Positions 44,033 through 59,150 are shown, counted from the first letter of the stretch. The stretch: DNA of 64,000 bases from Kudoa neothunni (GCA_964304625.1 OZ199839.1:10400986-10464985); one strand, 5' to 3'. The notes: generated from the sequence alone by a model not told the origin. Numbers and translations are program-made.

Positions 44033-47000
44033 CGTTGATTACATGCGCAGCCTTATGCGCACCTATGTCACCAAGGTTAAATATAAATTTGAGATTTTAA
44101 ATAGAAACCTTTCATAGAATACTCGTAAAATAAATCTGTTCATTACTACAGCAATCGAGTTATCCTAACAAAACAATCTACTCCTACATTTAATTCCTCG
44201 TATCGGCTTATCATTTTTTGTGATATAATTATCAATTATTTGTTTGGGTAAAATGTTATTTAATTATGTATTTATTTATTCAAATGTAAATCTCTCAATA
44301 TTTTAATAGGTTAATGTGGTGGTGGACAAATTCTTTAACGTACATAAATTCACAGCTCCGTGATGTTATTTGAAGAGATAAGACCATCGAAACTTTGTGG
44401 TCATTTCATTGGTTATTTTATTTTGTAAAAAACGCCTGTGCTGTGAATTAAATGGAGCTTTAGGCGAAAAATAATTTTCTAAATGTCTGAATTAGTAAAA
44501 CTAAAAATATATATTTTTTCGTATTGTTGTACAATATGGATTATACGCTTCTTGTTTGCCTGTTAATTACGTGTTAAAGTGAGTTTTCTTACTTTTACAT
44601 TAAAGCATATTTTTTAGGAATCATACTGAAATTAATTTTACAAAATTTAGGATTTACAATACAGATGATTTTTATTGATAGTATTAATATTATTATTATT
44701 ATCGACTTCCAAAATGATTGTATAATGTAGTTGTTCCCATTAATTATTTATTATGTTATATTTGCGATTTATTAAGACAGAGACTATTGACATGGTAAAA
44801 TTCAACCTTAAACGGCATGAACGCTTGCGCACTAGGAAATTTTAATCTCTGTAACTCCTACTTACGAGCTGTTTATAGATTTATTTTCTTGGAATCTGTT
44901 ATATTTAATTATTTCCGATCATTAAGAGCGAAGTGGTGGTCAAAAATAATTAAAAATAGTCAAAACTAGTGGTGTCGGAAAATATTTACCGTGCCAATAG
45001 CCATTTCCATTATTTATTCAATCATCAGATTTATATTTATTCTATTTGGGAAAATAATTAAATAAAAGTTTTCTAGCTTGGATTAGATCATATAATCACC
45101 ATTCAATAAGGAAACTTTCGAATTTAAAGTCAATCACTTATAGATATATACTCCATTTGTATTAATAAAATTAATGAATTCTGAAAACGTTATGTTAATG
45201 TTGGTAATGGATAAAATGGAAGGTTACAGTTAAATTGTCACACACTGATAATCAGATTTGGATTTTTAATTAGAAACTTGGGATTGCTTAGATTAATCTG
45301 GGAATTTGAATTTATCAATAGATTAATGAACTTGTGAAATCGGAAAAATTAAAATTAATAATTTAAGTAATATAAATAATATAAAATCAATAATTTTCAA
45401 TATCATAGGAAAGAGGACGTTTGTCTAATAAACAATTGGAAATTTTGAGTAAATTTTACAATTTTAACATCAATAATGAGAAAACTAAAATTTTTCGACC
45501 TTTCAACTGAATGAATTGAATATTTTGTGATAAGGCCTAGTACTCTCATTATTTATTTTCCAAAATAAGTAGCTTGTTCTTCTAGGATTTATAAATGATC
45601 AATATATAAGTGAATTAAAAATATTAAGATCAAACAACTAGTGGAATTGTTGAATTGAATGATGAAACTTCATGTTCCTGTAAGATAAAAAATCGTTATT
45701 CCTTCAATGGGACCATTTTTTGTCAAAAATCTAGAAAAAAATATGTGCCACATGTTAATAACTAGCCTCAATAAATATATTCTTTAACGAGGATAGGAAT
45801 GATCATTGTTGTGTTCTTAGCTCAATGAATAACAAAGTTTCGAATGATCCCTCATTAAATTAAGCAGTGTTTCACAAGTCCCGACCGATGAGCGTAATCC
45901 GATTTTCGATAAACAATTTGTGGTTTGCAACTAGCGTTAAATGAGAAAAATTTATAAATATATTTTTTTATTTCAGAACGGGTTTCTTCTATAACTTTCT
46001 TATTTATCTATATCCCAGGGGTATTCAGGGATCGATTTTCTCCTAATCCTAAAATAATAATCGAGTAACTGAGGTAAAACATGAACACGAACCCACAACG
46101 TATGAGAGTTAAATAAACTTCCATCCACATGAGTTTGTATTGGAATTAGGTTAAAATTGCAAACCTATCATACCTTACCAAGGATTCATTTATATAAATT
46201 TTTTCCTATTAAAGAATGTCCATTGAAATTATAATTTTGCCGTCCTATAAACTTACCACGTTAGTTCAACTCTATTCGGTTATTTAAATAGCTGTAAGGT
46301 AGAATTTTAGAAAATTCGAAAACTAAATAATGGTGACGAATATAAAGCCATAAAATATCAAGAACATGCTGTAATAACAATTTGATATTTGGTATATCCA
46401 ATATAATATGTAAAAGCCATTAGTAACTGTGGGTTTGAAATATAGGGTGCGTCCTTGATCTGCTTGATTACGCCAAGCTCTTTGGTCTACAGAAAAAAAG
46501 ATTAGCGTAGGAAGATAGATAGACTCGTCATTAGAGTTAACAATACCGCCAAAATGTGTATACAAGGAAATTTTATTTATGGTGTATTTTTGGAAGAAAT
46601 CTTAATTTGTTGATTAATTTTTCAAAAGATAAAAATAAATAAGAACTTTTGTTAACTTTCTGAGATGAGTAAGTTTTTATAAGGAACACTACTAGAGATC
46701 TCTAGAAAATCCGATAATACCAACTAATTGCGTATTTTAAATAATTTTTATTGTGTAATTTATTCCTGATTATAAAAAATAATATTTTCAATTTATTTAT
46801 TTTAAAATATTAATTGTTAAACAATAATAACAAATTTTATTATTTTATGCAGATAATAATTTATTATCACTTATTTTTTAATGTGTCGTTGATATTTTAA
46901 GAATGTAAAATATTATTTTTTTAGAATTTTGTAATCGACGACGAATGACATGGATTTTATGACAAAATTGAGCTATCCATTATTTGAATCATACTTAAAA

Positions 47001-47760
47001 ATTATCAGGTCTGTTTATTTTGCTTCATTATTTTCTCTTATACGTCGTTGTTAATTTTGGAAAATTGAATATCTAGATTGAAATTTTGATTTTAGTTGCC
47101 TATTTCTAGTAGTTGGAGTATTGCTCAAAATATAAATAATTAATCACAGCAGATCAAAAATATATTACACCTGAAATAAATAAATTGAGGATGTCCTTAG
47201 AGTGTATTACTATTAAAAAAGACAGATATTGCTCCTGTAGTCGTAGTCTTATTGGACGTGACGTGAAGGGCCGAATTAGACCTTTGTATTGGCGAAGACG
47301 TATAAAAACGGCGCTATCTTTTGTCGAACTGAATCGAATTCCCTAAGAGAGTGGAATTAGGCGGTATTCTTCCTCAGATTACCAATTTTCAATCGGATTC
47401 AAATCTTAATATTGAAATATTAGGGACGTATTTGTTTTAACGTGGTACAATGATAGAATCGCTTACAGATCAAGCTGGCTAGATCACAAACTTGTTCTCC
47501 CAGTAAATCATTGAGTTAGTGGGTTTATAATAAAAGAAATAAAGAAACATAATGCAACATAACTCTTAGGTAGACGCATTGATATTATAAAATAATTTCT
47601 CTTGTTTGACTTTTGTTATAGATAACTCATCAAGACCAAAATTAATTTTAAATATTTTTAAAGTATTTTGAATCCAATTTAACGCCAAAGAAGACAAGAG
47701 TTAAACAGTTACAGATAGCTGAGCACTCAGAAATTAGTCAAAAAGTAAGTTCGTCAATTG

Positions 47761-48457
47761 TCAGGATGAAAAGTAACTCTTAGAATACCGCTTGAACTCA
47801 AAACTATGGCAATCGTTGTGTCGTTTTACGGCTGTTATCAACCTGGTAAGGTTCCCAATTGACTCCACTTGTTCATTCACAAAGAATTCCAATAATAATC
47901 CAATGCTTGGATCATCACTACACTGTTCGTTGATATCCAAAATGGAAGTATACACCAATTTCTCTAGGTTGAGAGCTTTCTCAAGTGCACCGAATAGAGT
48001 TAATTTATCATTTCCTGACACACATAATTCGGTCTAAGGCATTTAAGTAAGTTATCAAAGTCGACATAGAACATTGAAGTTTAGGTACATTAATAGGGCT
48101 CAAAGTAACACACCCGCCTTTGGTATTGATAAAATCAATAAACTAAATTGTTTCCGTAAAGCACGATGGTCATGGAGAGAAAATAAATACTTTATTGGCA
48201 TGATCCATTTCTTCCTTGCTCTGTTTGTCAAAATATTCAGCCGCAGCTGGAAGAGCTTGATCCGGTCTATCGAAATAGATTGCCTGAAAGGGTCAAACTC
48301 ATGTACACATTAATTGGAAAATATATATATATATATAATTTACCATAGATTTGTAAACGTATGATGCAGTTAATTCCATGTTGATTTGTTTATTCAATAT
48401 TTCCTCATTTTTCTTGGATAAACACAAAGAAGTTGATATGTTTTGTTCGCCACCCAT
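47761..48457 (-). CDS. Ferritin (H-type, cytosolic), 4 exons
   Basis: 'LNKQINMELTASYVYKSM|AIYFDR.DQALP..AEYFDKQSKEEMDHANK|FIDFINTKGG|...ALEKALNLEK...EQVESI'. Ferroxidase-centre equivalents of E27, Y34, E61/62, H65, E107 and Q141 are retained; no signal peptide. Confidence 0.93.
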
Positions 48458-49018
48458 AATAATAAGCACGCTACTTTAAAATTTTGCCCACAGAAAAATA
48501 TTTGGGATTACACAATCAAATTTAGTGTTATAAAGCTTACTTATAAATCGTGTCAGATTAGCTTTAAGATAGGGTTTGTAATTGATGGGATATCAACTCG
48601 AGATTATGATTTAGCTCTTAATATTGAAAATCATCCAAATGCCTATTGATTTTAGTGGGATATAAGGAAAAGGTCTAAAATTCATACCAAAATTATTTGA
48701 TAGCTTATTTAATTATCCATTGTTCAGCGTACGAATTTTAATGTTCGCATTGCAATAACGCTGCGATAGCTTTATTGCATAGGAAACAAAATTAAATATA
48801 TTGTTATTAATTTACGACTGAATTGTAATTAGATTTTATAGAAAGAATGGTTAGTGAATAATGGTTGTTTGTGTTCGGTACTAAGACTCGGCACAGTCTG
48901 CTTTAATTACCACAAAAAAATCAAACTAATTAAGAACAACTGAAATGCTTTAATATATTGCTAATAATTAAAATGTATTATTCGACTCTTCGGAAAATTA
49001 GTATCAAAAGCATAACGA

Positions 49019-51904
49019 CTAGAATAAATCAAAATAAGATCGGAGGTAGACAAAATAATCTTGAGGAAGATTGAACCGTGTCAGACGCTCAATCCAATTT
49101 TTAATATTGTAAGTGACCGAGTCCCCATCATCAAAAGTCTGACATGAAAGCAAACGGGGTATCTCAGCCCTTTCTCTGGGATTGACCTGTAGGCTAAACA
49201 TCAAGGAGTAAATGCAACCATCATAATTTTTTTAAATACCATTGTCGAACCAATTCCTCAATATTAATAGGATATGATGGCGGTTGATGCATTGTCACAT
49301 TCTATAAAACCCCACAAATTATAGTAGAAAGCAAATGCATTTTTAACAGCAAAAACAAAGTTTTAATCATTACTCCATTTTTGATGCATTCGAATACTTT
49401 ACGAGGATCGGATTGAATATCTTTCCTTTCGGGGTAATGTATAATACTGTCACGAGTTTTGTAAAGGTCAGGATCATCTAGATACTCAGTAAAACATCCC
49501 ATCTCCAATATATGATCCATTGATAGCGCTGGAACAGGATAGATTCCATAACACATTTCCATCATAATAATTCCCAAACTCCAAATAACAGAATTGTCAT
49601 AATATTCTGGTGTTATGATTAATTCTGGCTAGGAAAAGAAGACGTTAACAATATGGATAGTTGATCATATAAAAATTTAAAAATTATTATTCGCGATATT
49701 TATAACATTTAAAAAATTGAATTAGTACCATTTTCACATTTAAAATATAAAAATAACCAGAGAATCAAAACTCGTTCACGTTTTTACAATAGGTGACCAC
49801 TCGGTAGCAAAACCCACGAGGATTGAAAAATGTAGGAAAACTGGTAGTCACCACCCAATTTTTTGCATTAATGCGCGAATATAATGTTTTACAATAAACA
49901 AAATATAAGAACTCTCATTATTGATAAAAATTGTATTATTTTGGTTTTAATAGTTAATACTACCTTATTTTTTGTATTTTTTTCTATTTTTAAAATACAA
50001 TCTAATCTCGAATAAAATAATAATTTGGTTTTTTCTAATTAGGATACCTTGCAACGTTGAAATAATGGATAACTTAAACTGGTGAACAGTAGTAGTCATG
50101 ACATGCCTCTATGACAAATAATCAAAATAAGTGATTATTTATTATTTTTCTTATATATTTCTGTAATTGTATGATTTTTTTCATCACCCATTTTTCTGTA
50201 ATTACGAAAAACTGGTTAATTCGTAGGCAAGTTCTCGGCAAAAATATACGAAAAAAACGTAAAAACTAGTCAAAGTTAATTAAAATTTTTACATCAATTT
50301 GATGCATTCTATTATAAAATAATATTATATATCTTTATAACAAAATTAATGAAGCATAAATATTCTCTTTGCTAAAATTACGAACGAGTCGTCAATACAA
50401 AAAACTGGCCCCTATACTATGTATGAGTAATAGAATAGTAGAATAATAGAGTGGAATTTATTGTTTATTTTAAGGCTAACCGAAAAAACTATGAATAAGG
50501 AACAACTTAAAAATTTCAACATTCGCAATTAAATTATAATTTTTTCAATACATCATTTGAATTAACTTAACATATTCCGTATACCTATTTAATCAAAAAT
50601 TAATTATAACGTATATTATTATAAAATAATTTGTTGAATAGAAAGCGCTTTTTTGAATCTATTTGTATTAAACAAAGGGGTTATCTTGTTTATTTAATTT
50701 TTATTTGTTTAGGTTTGGGTGAATAAAAATAATATTAGTAAATAATTTTTTAATGAATTTTTTTGCTAATACATCAGAAACAACTGTGAGATAAATGATT
50801 TCACACTCATGGTTGTCTGAAACAATACAAATTTAACAAGCATCAGGTTGGTTTAAAAAAATTTTCCCCAATTAAGTTAATGTGGATGCTGGTAATTTAG
50901 TTGAGAAACGTAGAAGTATACTTTAGTGTAATAATACATTGTTAAATCAAAGAGAACATCAACTAATTTATTCCCCTATAAATCAACCTACCGCAACATA
51001 GCATGGATATAGAGAGTGGATAATAGGAGACAAATTTCGTTGATTGGATTCCAATATGCCGAATAGACAAATCTTAACGCCACCATCAGAATTTAAAAAT
51101 ATGTTCTCAGGCCGTAGTTCTTTTGAGTAACCAACCATCAAAATATTGCCAATAAAATGTTTACCTTTAATTGGAATTTGATTGTCCATCAGGAATTTTA
51201 ATCCATTCAAAACCTAAAAAGTAATAACAACAACAACAATAAATTCTCAATGACAGATTGTCGATATGATGGAGGTATTTTACTTTAAAAGCAATACCAA
51301 CGATAACAACTGGGGGAGCACTCCCATAGACGAAAATAATATTCTTTAAAGATCCACAATTCTATGGCCAATAAACAAATTTCATGGCAAATCATTGACT
51401 ACCATGGATTCAAAGAATACGAGGGACTCATCTGGATGTTCCGTGATTATATCCAAAATCTTTAAGAGACAATCGTGCGTGTGGTCTGTAAAAGGTAACA
51501 TTAATCTCAAATAATTGTGGGTATCTGCATTCTTATGTTTGTAAAGAACCTAACATGAGCTATAGAAATTCATAATCAACTGCAACACACTCTCAGTGAC
51601 TTAATGTGTTGTGTTGCTACGTTTTGCACTTTATAAAAATATCCGCCATTGTCACAATTAAATACAAATAACTTTTTATGATTCTTATTATGAAACGAAG
51701 GGTATTTTTCAGAGCAGTAAAGGTGAAGGTGTTCAAAACGACTTTGAAGACATATTCTCTCCAAACACTCGTCAAAGTCGAATCTGTAATCGAGATAGTA
51801 ACAACTTCTATGTAAATTTTAATATATACATACTTCTGCATTTTATTTGGACGACAATCCTCGTCGACATTATAATCTGATGTTGAGGGGTAATTATGTT
51901 TCAT
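49019..51904 (-). CDS. MEK1/2 (MAP2K)-derived pseudokinase, paralog A
   Basis: Colinear with MEK1: 'NGGYFYKVQN', 'FESM|.CGSL', 'VLNGLKFL...PIKELRPENIFLNSDGGVKICLFG', 'YVA|PEL', 'IWSLGIIMMEMCYGIYPVP', 'CLQVNPRER'. The catalytic K, HRD and DFG are substituted. A ~1.36 kb intron spans ~49629-50990. Confidence 0.85.
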
Positions 51905-54400
51905 TTTTTCTATCAACTACCCTCCGACACGAATTCGTGAGATTAATAAGTTGACTGATTCATTCGGCTAGTTTAAAAATAAAGTTAGTTTAATATAATT
52001 TTATCCTATATTTAATATATAATTGTATTTAATTTATTTTGATTATTTTTTTCATAATTCTTTGTATTAATTATTTTGAAATTATTTCATTCGGATCATA
52101 ATTGTTTATTTCATTTAATGTATATTTTTTGCGAAAAAAACGGTATTTTTCCAGTATTAAATATATTTTGGACTTAAGTATATTCGAAAATAAATCCTTT
52201 ATAGGGTTAATCTAATAATACATTGTTATTTTTTTATTAATTCTAAATAAGTTTTTAAATATTAGAAAAATTTTCAATGAGTTCCTAGAGTCGAATGCGA
52301 TGCATTTTATACAGTGTATTGAGAATAAATTTAATCTCCTGAGTGCATCCGAATAAAGAATCAGCCGAGTCAGATAGGGTCCATTTATGTGAAAGAGTTT
52401 TGTTTTATTCTCTTGTTCAATGTGGTATTCTTCGCTTATTCGAGTATTTAAAGGAGAAATTCGAAACAAATTATTTGTGCTCAAACGCGTCCACACAAAA
52501 TTTATTAATTTCGATCGCCTCCTTGCATAAGACTGATATTTGTTACCTAAAACAATATCATCGATGTGTAATAGGTTTTATAACGAAATGAAAATGTGGC
52601 ATATATACACGTAACTAATCCTCCGTAATTACGCTAATTTTTGTGGCGCAGAATGAGACTGAAATAAATTTCATATTTGTGTACATAATTTTACATTTTG
52701 TTTCCATTGTAAAGATTTAAACAAAAATAGTTAAAATAAAGACGTGAGAGTTAAAACTAGCATATAATTCATAATATACAAAATATTCATATTAAATCCC
52801 TCAAGTAATGATATTCTGTTAGTTTTTACAGTATATATTGGAAAATATCCTTAAATTTGTCAATTTTTTCACTTATATAATTTATATATATATATATATA
52901 GCGATTGATAACTTATCACGGTATTCTTTTGTTGAATAGAATTAATTCCAAAGGTTCTTGGGAAAAGATGATAGAAATTATTCAGTTGTTATAGAAACCA
53001 AGACGATTTAATGTTAAAAATTCCATCAACTATTTAATAAATTTGATTTCCAAAATTATACCTATAATAGATCTTTTCTTATTTTTTGCTTAATATATTT
53101 GAGAGATGAATGTCTTCTTTGGGTGTTTTAAGTGATTTACTACATATTCAAAATTAGAATATATATAAATATATAAATGTTGTGGTCTGAAGATATTTGC
53201 TCCAATGTTACCTCACAAAGCCATTTTAAATACTAATCAGATAAAGTAGAGAAACTCAATTAAGTCTAACTTTTTAAATTAACCCTTCCACTCCTAAATT
53301 TTTTGTTTTCTGTTTGAAGATAATATATTACGTAAAAATGATGAATTATAGTGATTCAATAAGTTCACATTCTCCCAAATTTTTATATCAACCATTATTA
53401 TCAAATCACAGGAAAAAAATGAAAATTAAAAAAGATCCTATTCGTATGGATCATAACAGCGTAAAAATTTCTTTCCGTCTTTAAAATTCATTGAAAATTT
53501 ATTTTTTATTTTATTCGTAAATATTGCCTTCAAATAATAAATTTTTTTGCGCAAATCAATTTTTTGTGCATGCGCACCTATCTGGATGTCAACATCTCAT
53601 TTACAAAACTACTCAATATCTAAAAATATTCAAAGCTAAACCTTTTAAAAAGAGATTTATCAGATTGAGTTCTAGTATATACAATTTTTTGATTGAAGTA
53701 AATATATTACATAATTATATGTAATGACATTAATGATTTATTAGATAATACACAGCAATAATTCCTGTACAAATTTTTTAAATTAAAAAATCTCATACAA
53801 AAATTATACATGAATATTTTTACACTGCGAAAATAATATTCGAATAGAAATATTCAATAAAATATATGTTACGATTACGCCTAAAAATAAATTACATTAT
53901 TTAAACTGGCGTCTTTTCAAATTTTTGAATGTGAATTCCAATGGTATAATCCACGAAAATTGTTTTATCCCTAAATCATAACATAGACTAAATATAATTC
54001 TACGAATGACACTCACGTCATTCATTGTTCATTCGGTATAGTTTTACGCTCAATGGTTGTTGTTGTTTTTGCTTTTAGATAAAAATGATTCTAATATGCA
54101 AAATAGAGCAATAAGTAAGTGCAATTTTTTCTCTTGTTCATTTAAAATTGAAATGAACATTAGACACGAGAGGATTTAATCAATCAATCAATCAAAATGC
54201 ATCAATTAACATAGTCAGACATTATATCTATCTAATATGCACACACTTAATCGTTATTACTTAAGTTATAACCTTTATAAACTTTCTGAAAAATAATGAA
54301 GTGAATTAAGAAATACTAGAATGCATAAATAATTATTAATAATTGATGTTTATTGTTTGAAGTTCATTATTCGAAGTTTATAGTAAATATCATAAAATAT

Positions 54401-56059
54401 TTAATTTTTATCTCCAGCGAAGTAAGATTTGAACGCTATAAAGTTTTTTCGGGGGATTTTAGCCCATAACAACCGAGCAATCCAATTTCTAACATTCTGA
54501 ACACGCGAATTGGAGTCATCGGATGTGTTACATGAATCCAAGGTGGACAGATGACATCTTTCTACAGGATTCACCTGCAAGCTAAATGTTATTGGTTTAT
54601 GAATAAATTTTAATTTTGTCAAGTACCAATGCTGAACCACCTCCCTTAGATGACTTGGATATGTTAGAGGCATTTCCGTCGTCACATTCTACAATACCAT
54701 AAAGATTATTATATAGGCATGTGAGGTTATAATTGTAAATAAAAAAATGTCATCTATTACTCCATTTTTGATACATTCAAATAATTTAGAAGAATCAGAA
54801 AGAATAGCCGTTCTTTCAGGACAAAGTATAATTTTTTCCCGAGTATCGTACATATCAACATTATCTAGAAAGGTGGTAAAATTTCCCATTTCCAATAAAT
54901 GATCCATTGATAGCATTGGGACAGGATAGATTCCATAACACATTTCCATTAAAATAATTCCCAAACTCCAGCAAATTGGATTGGCATAATATGTTTTATC
55001 TTGAATTAATTCAGGCTAAAAAGAAAAATTTACTCAAATATTAAGAAGAATATATAATAATAATTATGCTATTTTTTATTCTCATTAAACTGATTAAATA
55101 ATGTATTGCATTTTTTAATCCAAGAAAATCCTATCGTAATCATTTCTTATAGATGTCAACATACTGCAAGATAATATGGAAATAGAGGGGACTGAAAAGC
55201 ATCGTAATTTCGTAGGTTGGATTTTACGACGTGTAACGGACAGATCTTGACGTTGCCCTCGACATTTAAAAATATATTTTCTGGTCGTAGTTCTTTTACA
55301 AATACAAACATCAGGATGATATAAATAAAAATTTTACCCGTAGCTAGGATTTGATTTTCCAATAAAAACTTTAAACCACTCAAAACCTAAACAATAACAA
55401 CAGCACATTGTCAATGGAATTTTTAAGATGTTAATAGTGATTTATACCTGTGAATAAATCCCGCTTATAACAACTGGAGGTATATTTCCATAGAAAAATA
55501 TCATATTTTTTAAGCTGCCGCAATTCTATGACCATCAAAGTGAAATTTATGAGGAATAGTTGTTTACCATGCGTTCCAAGAATATGTTACACTCATGGAT
55601 GTTTTGTTTGTTTACATCAAGAATCTTAAGAATATAATCATTTGTGTGGTTCTTAAAGCGTTCAAGGGTTTCCAATAAATTGTCAATATCCAATATGTTA
55701 GTTGTTTGCAGAATCTTATGTGAATTATTACAATTCCGCCAACTTACAAACATACCTCCAGAGTCATCATTTTTTTTGACGGGATATGTTGAACTTTATA
55801 CAGAAATTTGCCATCATCACCATTAAGTACAGATAAAACTTCATAATTATTATCATGTAAGGTTGGAAATTCTTCATTGGAGTTATTATGACAACTTCCC
55901 ATATTTATGGGGCTGACGTCTTCACTCTCATCCAAATCTATTCTAAAATGGGGAAAATATTAACCTTTGAGGCAATGTTAACATATACCTTCGCACTTTA
56001 CTTGACTGGCCACGTCCGTACTCCGTTTCGGATAATTCATCAGTGTTTCTGTGTTTCAT
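54401..56059 (-). CDS. MEK1/2 (MAP2K)-derived pseudokinase, paralog B
   Basis: Tandem paralog of 49019-51904 with the same exon structure and MKH start: 'DDGKFLYKVQHIPSKKMMTLE', 'FLERM|NCGSL', 'LATELRPENIFLNVEGNVKICPLH', 'YLA|PEL', 'WSLGIILMEMCYGIYPVP', 'LQVNPVER'. Confidence 0.85.
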
Positions 56060-59000
56060 TTTTTGTATCTAACTTACTTCGGTCCAAAAGTTTTTAGACG
56101 ATTAATTTGATAGATGCCGTCATATAGGTTTGTGATGGTATGTATCGGTTCAATATAATTTTACCTCTTTATTAAAAATATACCTTTAATTAATTTATCG
56201 GTTCAATTTTTTCACTATTAAATTTATATTAATTATTATTATTATAAATTTCAATTAAGGTAATTACATTTGTTATTCTTAAAAAACGGTATTTTCACGA
56301 TATTAAATAGATTTGATATCTCAATATATATGTATATATATAAGTAAAATACTTACATGATGATAAACCATTTATAATTCCTCTTTTTGTTATATTAAAA
56401 AAATAATTTTACGAAACAGATCAATAATTAAATTTTGTTACAAAAATATGCAATGCTTATAATGCTGGGACCAAAAACAGTTTAAAGTAACAAAATTTTT
56501 TTCATGGACAACTTGCTTAAACCCGAATATTTCTCCTGCCATCTAAACCACCTAAAAATCGCAATACAAATCTATCGATAAATTCTAGAATAAACAAAAA
56601 TAAATTATTCATCATGGTCGACTTTGTTCGCCGTGGCTATTTTAGATTACGGTCACTATTCTGCTGCATTTTTGCCGAATGGAGTGCCTTTAATAGAATT
56701 TATATTTTATTTTTCAATAAGATTTTTTTGTCGTTATTTAAAGTGAAGCTAAACACATTATATGTTCTAATCATGAGTTATTACGAAATAATACTTAATC
56801 TTACCGAAGCAGATCACCGAGGATTAATTGTGCAATAATTGATTGTTTTCTCAATATTCCTTCGACAGAATTTCCTTATATTTTTCTCATAACTTTATAA
56901 TAATTTTCTGTACACAATAAAAGAAAAAAATTCAGGGGTCTGTTATATCCCAAAGTCTGTTCTGTTGGAGAGTGATTGTTTTTTCATCTGTCAGAGGTTT
57001 AATTAAAATTTTTAGACAACCTATAAATGTAACGGCAAACCTTGAAATATAATTTTTACTCTTCGTGGTTTCGAAAAAGTTAATATTCATTAAATGAATA
57101 TTAAATTTTAAACAAGTTTGGCCAGACCTGCCTTACAATACTCTGCCTAATTATTTTCCTTAACTCATCCGACAACTATATTTAATATGTGCTTAAGTTG
57201 AACATATTAAGTTAAATTCTATCTAGTGTGTCAAATTAAACCGAAAATTTAGGCAAGGTTTGAAAAAAGGGAATGCTTTCTATTCTGATATTTTTTAGAG
57301 TTCCATCGAGCAGGAACAAAATATAATAGTTGGTCATCCGAAATTGATGATCGATGTAGAAATTTTGATTATTTTGATTGTACCACCAATACTTCTCTGA
57401 GAACTGATCATTATCAGTATTTATTGTAAAGCATTTTGACGATTAAAAGGATTGGAATAAACAATTTGATTTTAGCAAAAACAAGAACATCAATTTTTCC
57501 AAATTATCTACACCATATATAGAATTTAATCACCAAACATAGATTTCTGATCCCCATATTATTATTTTTCTCATTGTCAAAATAAATTTATCACAAAATA
57601 TGCTAAAATAAAACGAATTTTTAACTGCAGTATCAAGAGTTACTGTAGTTAAAAATTTTTAACTTAGCACAAAAGCTTCTAGGAGTCCTAAACAGCGTTT
57701 CCAGTTGTGTCTGATTTCGGACGAACGATATCAAAATTGTCCTATTTTTCACTCTTATTCCTTGAAAGATTGAACAATCGCAAAACAGTGTTTCAATAGT
57801 AAGAAATTATCGCAAATTCATCAAAAAATGGAAACAAATAGATATTGATTTCATCACGAGAAATCTTCGAGTAGATAATTTTATACTTGGGGTATTGCTT
57901 TATTACAAATTAAAATATCTGCAATAGAAGTTCACCTGGGGCAAGCCACAACTATACATTTTAACGATTAATTCTTAAAGTCCTCGGACTACAAAAATTG
58001 AGGCCAAAATAATATACCAATAATTTACGAAAATAACCAAATTTTTAAATGTTATGCCCCAGTAAAGACAAAAATTTTGGATTTTTTTCATCATTATTAG
58101 CGACAACACAGAGTTTTGTCATGGTCACGGATCATTTTGGAATTATCGCGAAGCGGGCTAGTATATTGAGATTCTGAATATTTGAAAAAAAAAGACTCTG
58201 AAGTTGATGATGTATCCAGTGCTAAGTTATCATTACAAATGTTTATTAACAATTTCAAAAAAATTGTTGATTATGGTTTATATCTAAATACATTTAAATT
58301 TATCTAAATACTATCTATATAGGTGATTATTCTGGATTTCGATGGATAAATGGTTGTGCACACAAATAGAACCTCCTCTAGCTATAGTTGTTGTATTATT
58401 AAAACATCAAAAGTAGTTCTGAAATACAATTATCTAGAATTAAAGAATTCAAAAAATTTAATGAAATAAATTATCAATAATTGCATTTTTGAGTATTATT
58501 ACCGACAAAATAGTTTTTATTCCATCGGAAAAAATTTCATACCTCTATTTTACTATTTTAACTGGCTTTGATTAACGCTTTTTTGGAAAGAGTGGTTTCT
58601 TTTTCTGTGATCGCTAAAACCATCAGAATAACCGGAATGTTATGCTCTAGATTAAAGGTCCCATTCGAATGAGGGGATTTTTTAACATACCGACCGAATA
58701 GTGGCTAATTTTGAAGTTTCTGAGTTGATTATCTATTTACATAACATTTACACGTATAATTAAATATTAGTTTGGTTTTTACAAAAAATTCTGATTTGTC
58801 CGATTTGGGTTGGCAACGTTGGTCCGAAATAATTTTCCATAATTATAGAAAATCTTAACAGGTAAATAGTAACGAATATGTTATTACGAAGAAAAATGAT
58901 ATCTAAAACTCTAATTCTCGGAGGCGCACCTGAAATTAAGATTAAATTTATAGAGGTCATCAGCAGCAGCTTTAATACTTAGAGGCCATATGATCGCCTA

Positions 59001-59150
59001 TTAAAATGTTCAGTAGTTTTTGCAGCGAAATTTTTAGAGAATTAAAATTTCAGAAATGAGCTAAATTTATGATTAAAATTTTGAAAATTATTCCTAACAA
59101 TTTTCAATCACATCTAAAATTTAAACCGCCAGCTTCACATGAAACCACGG

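Noticed and set aside
48458-48600. Iron-responsive element upstream of ferritin
   Set aside because: No CAGUGN loop (CACTG on the + strand) in the upstream region inspected.
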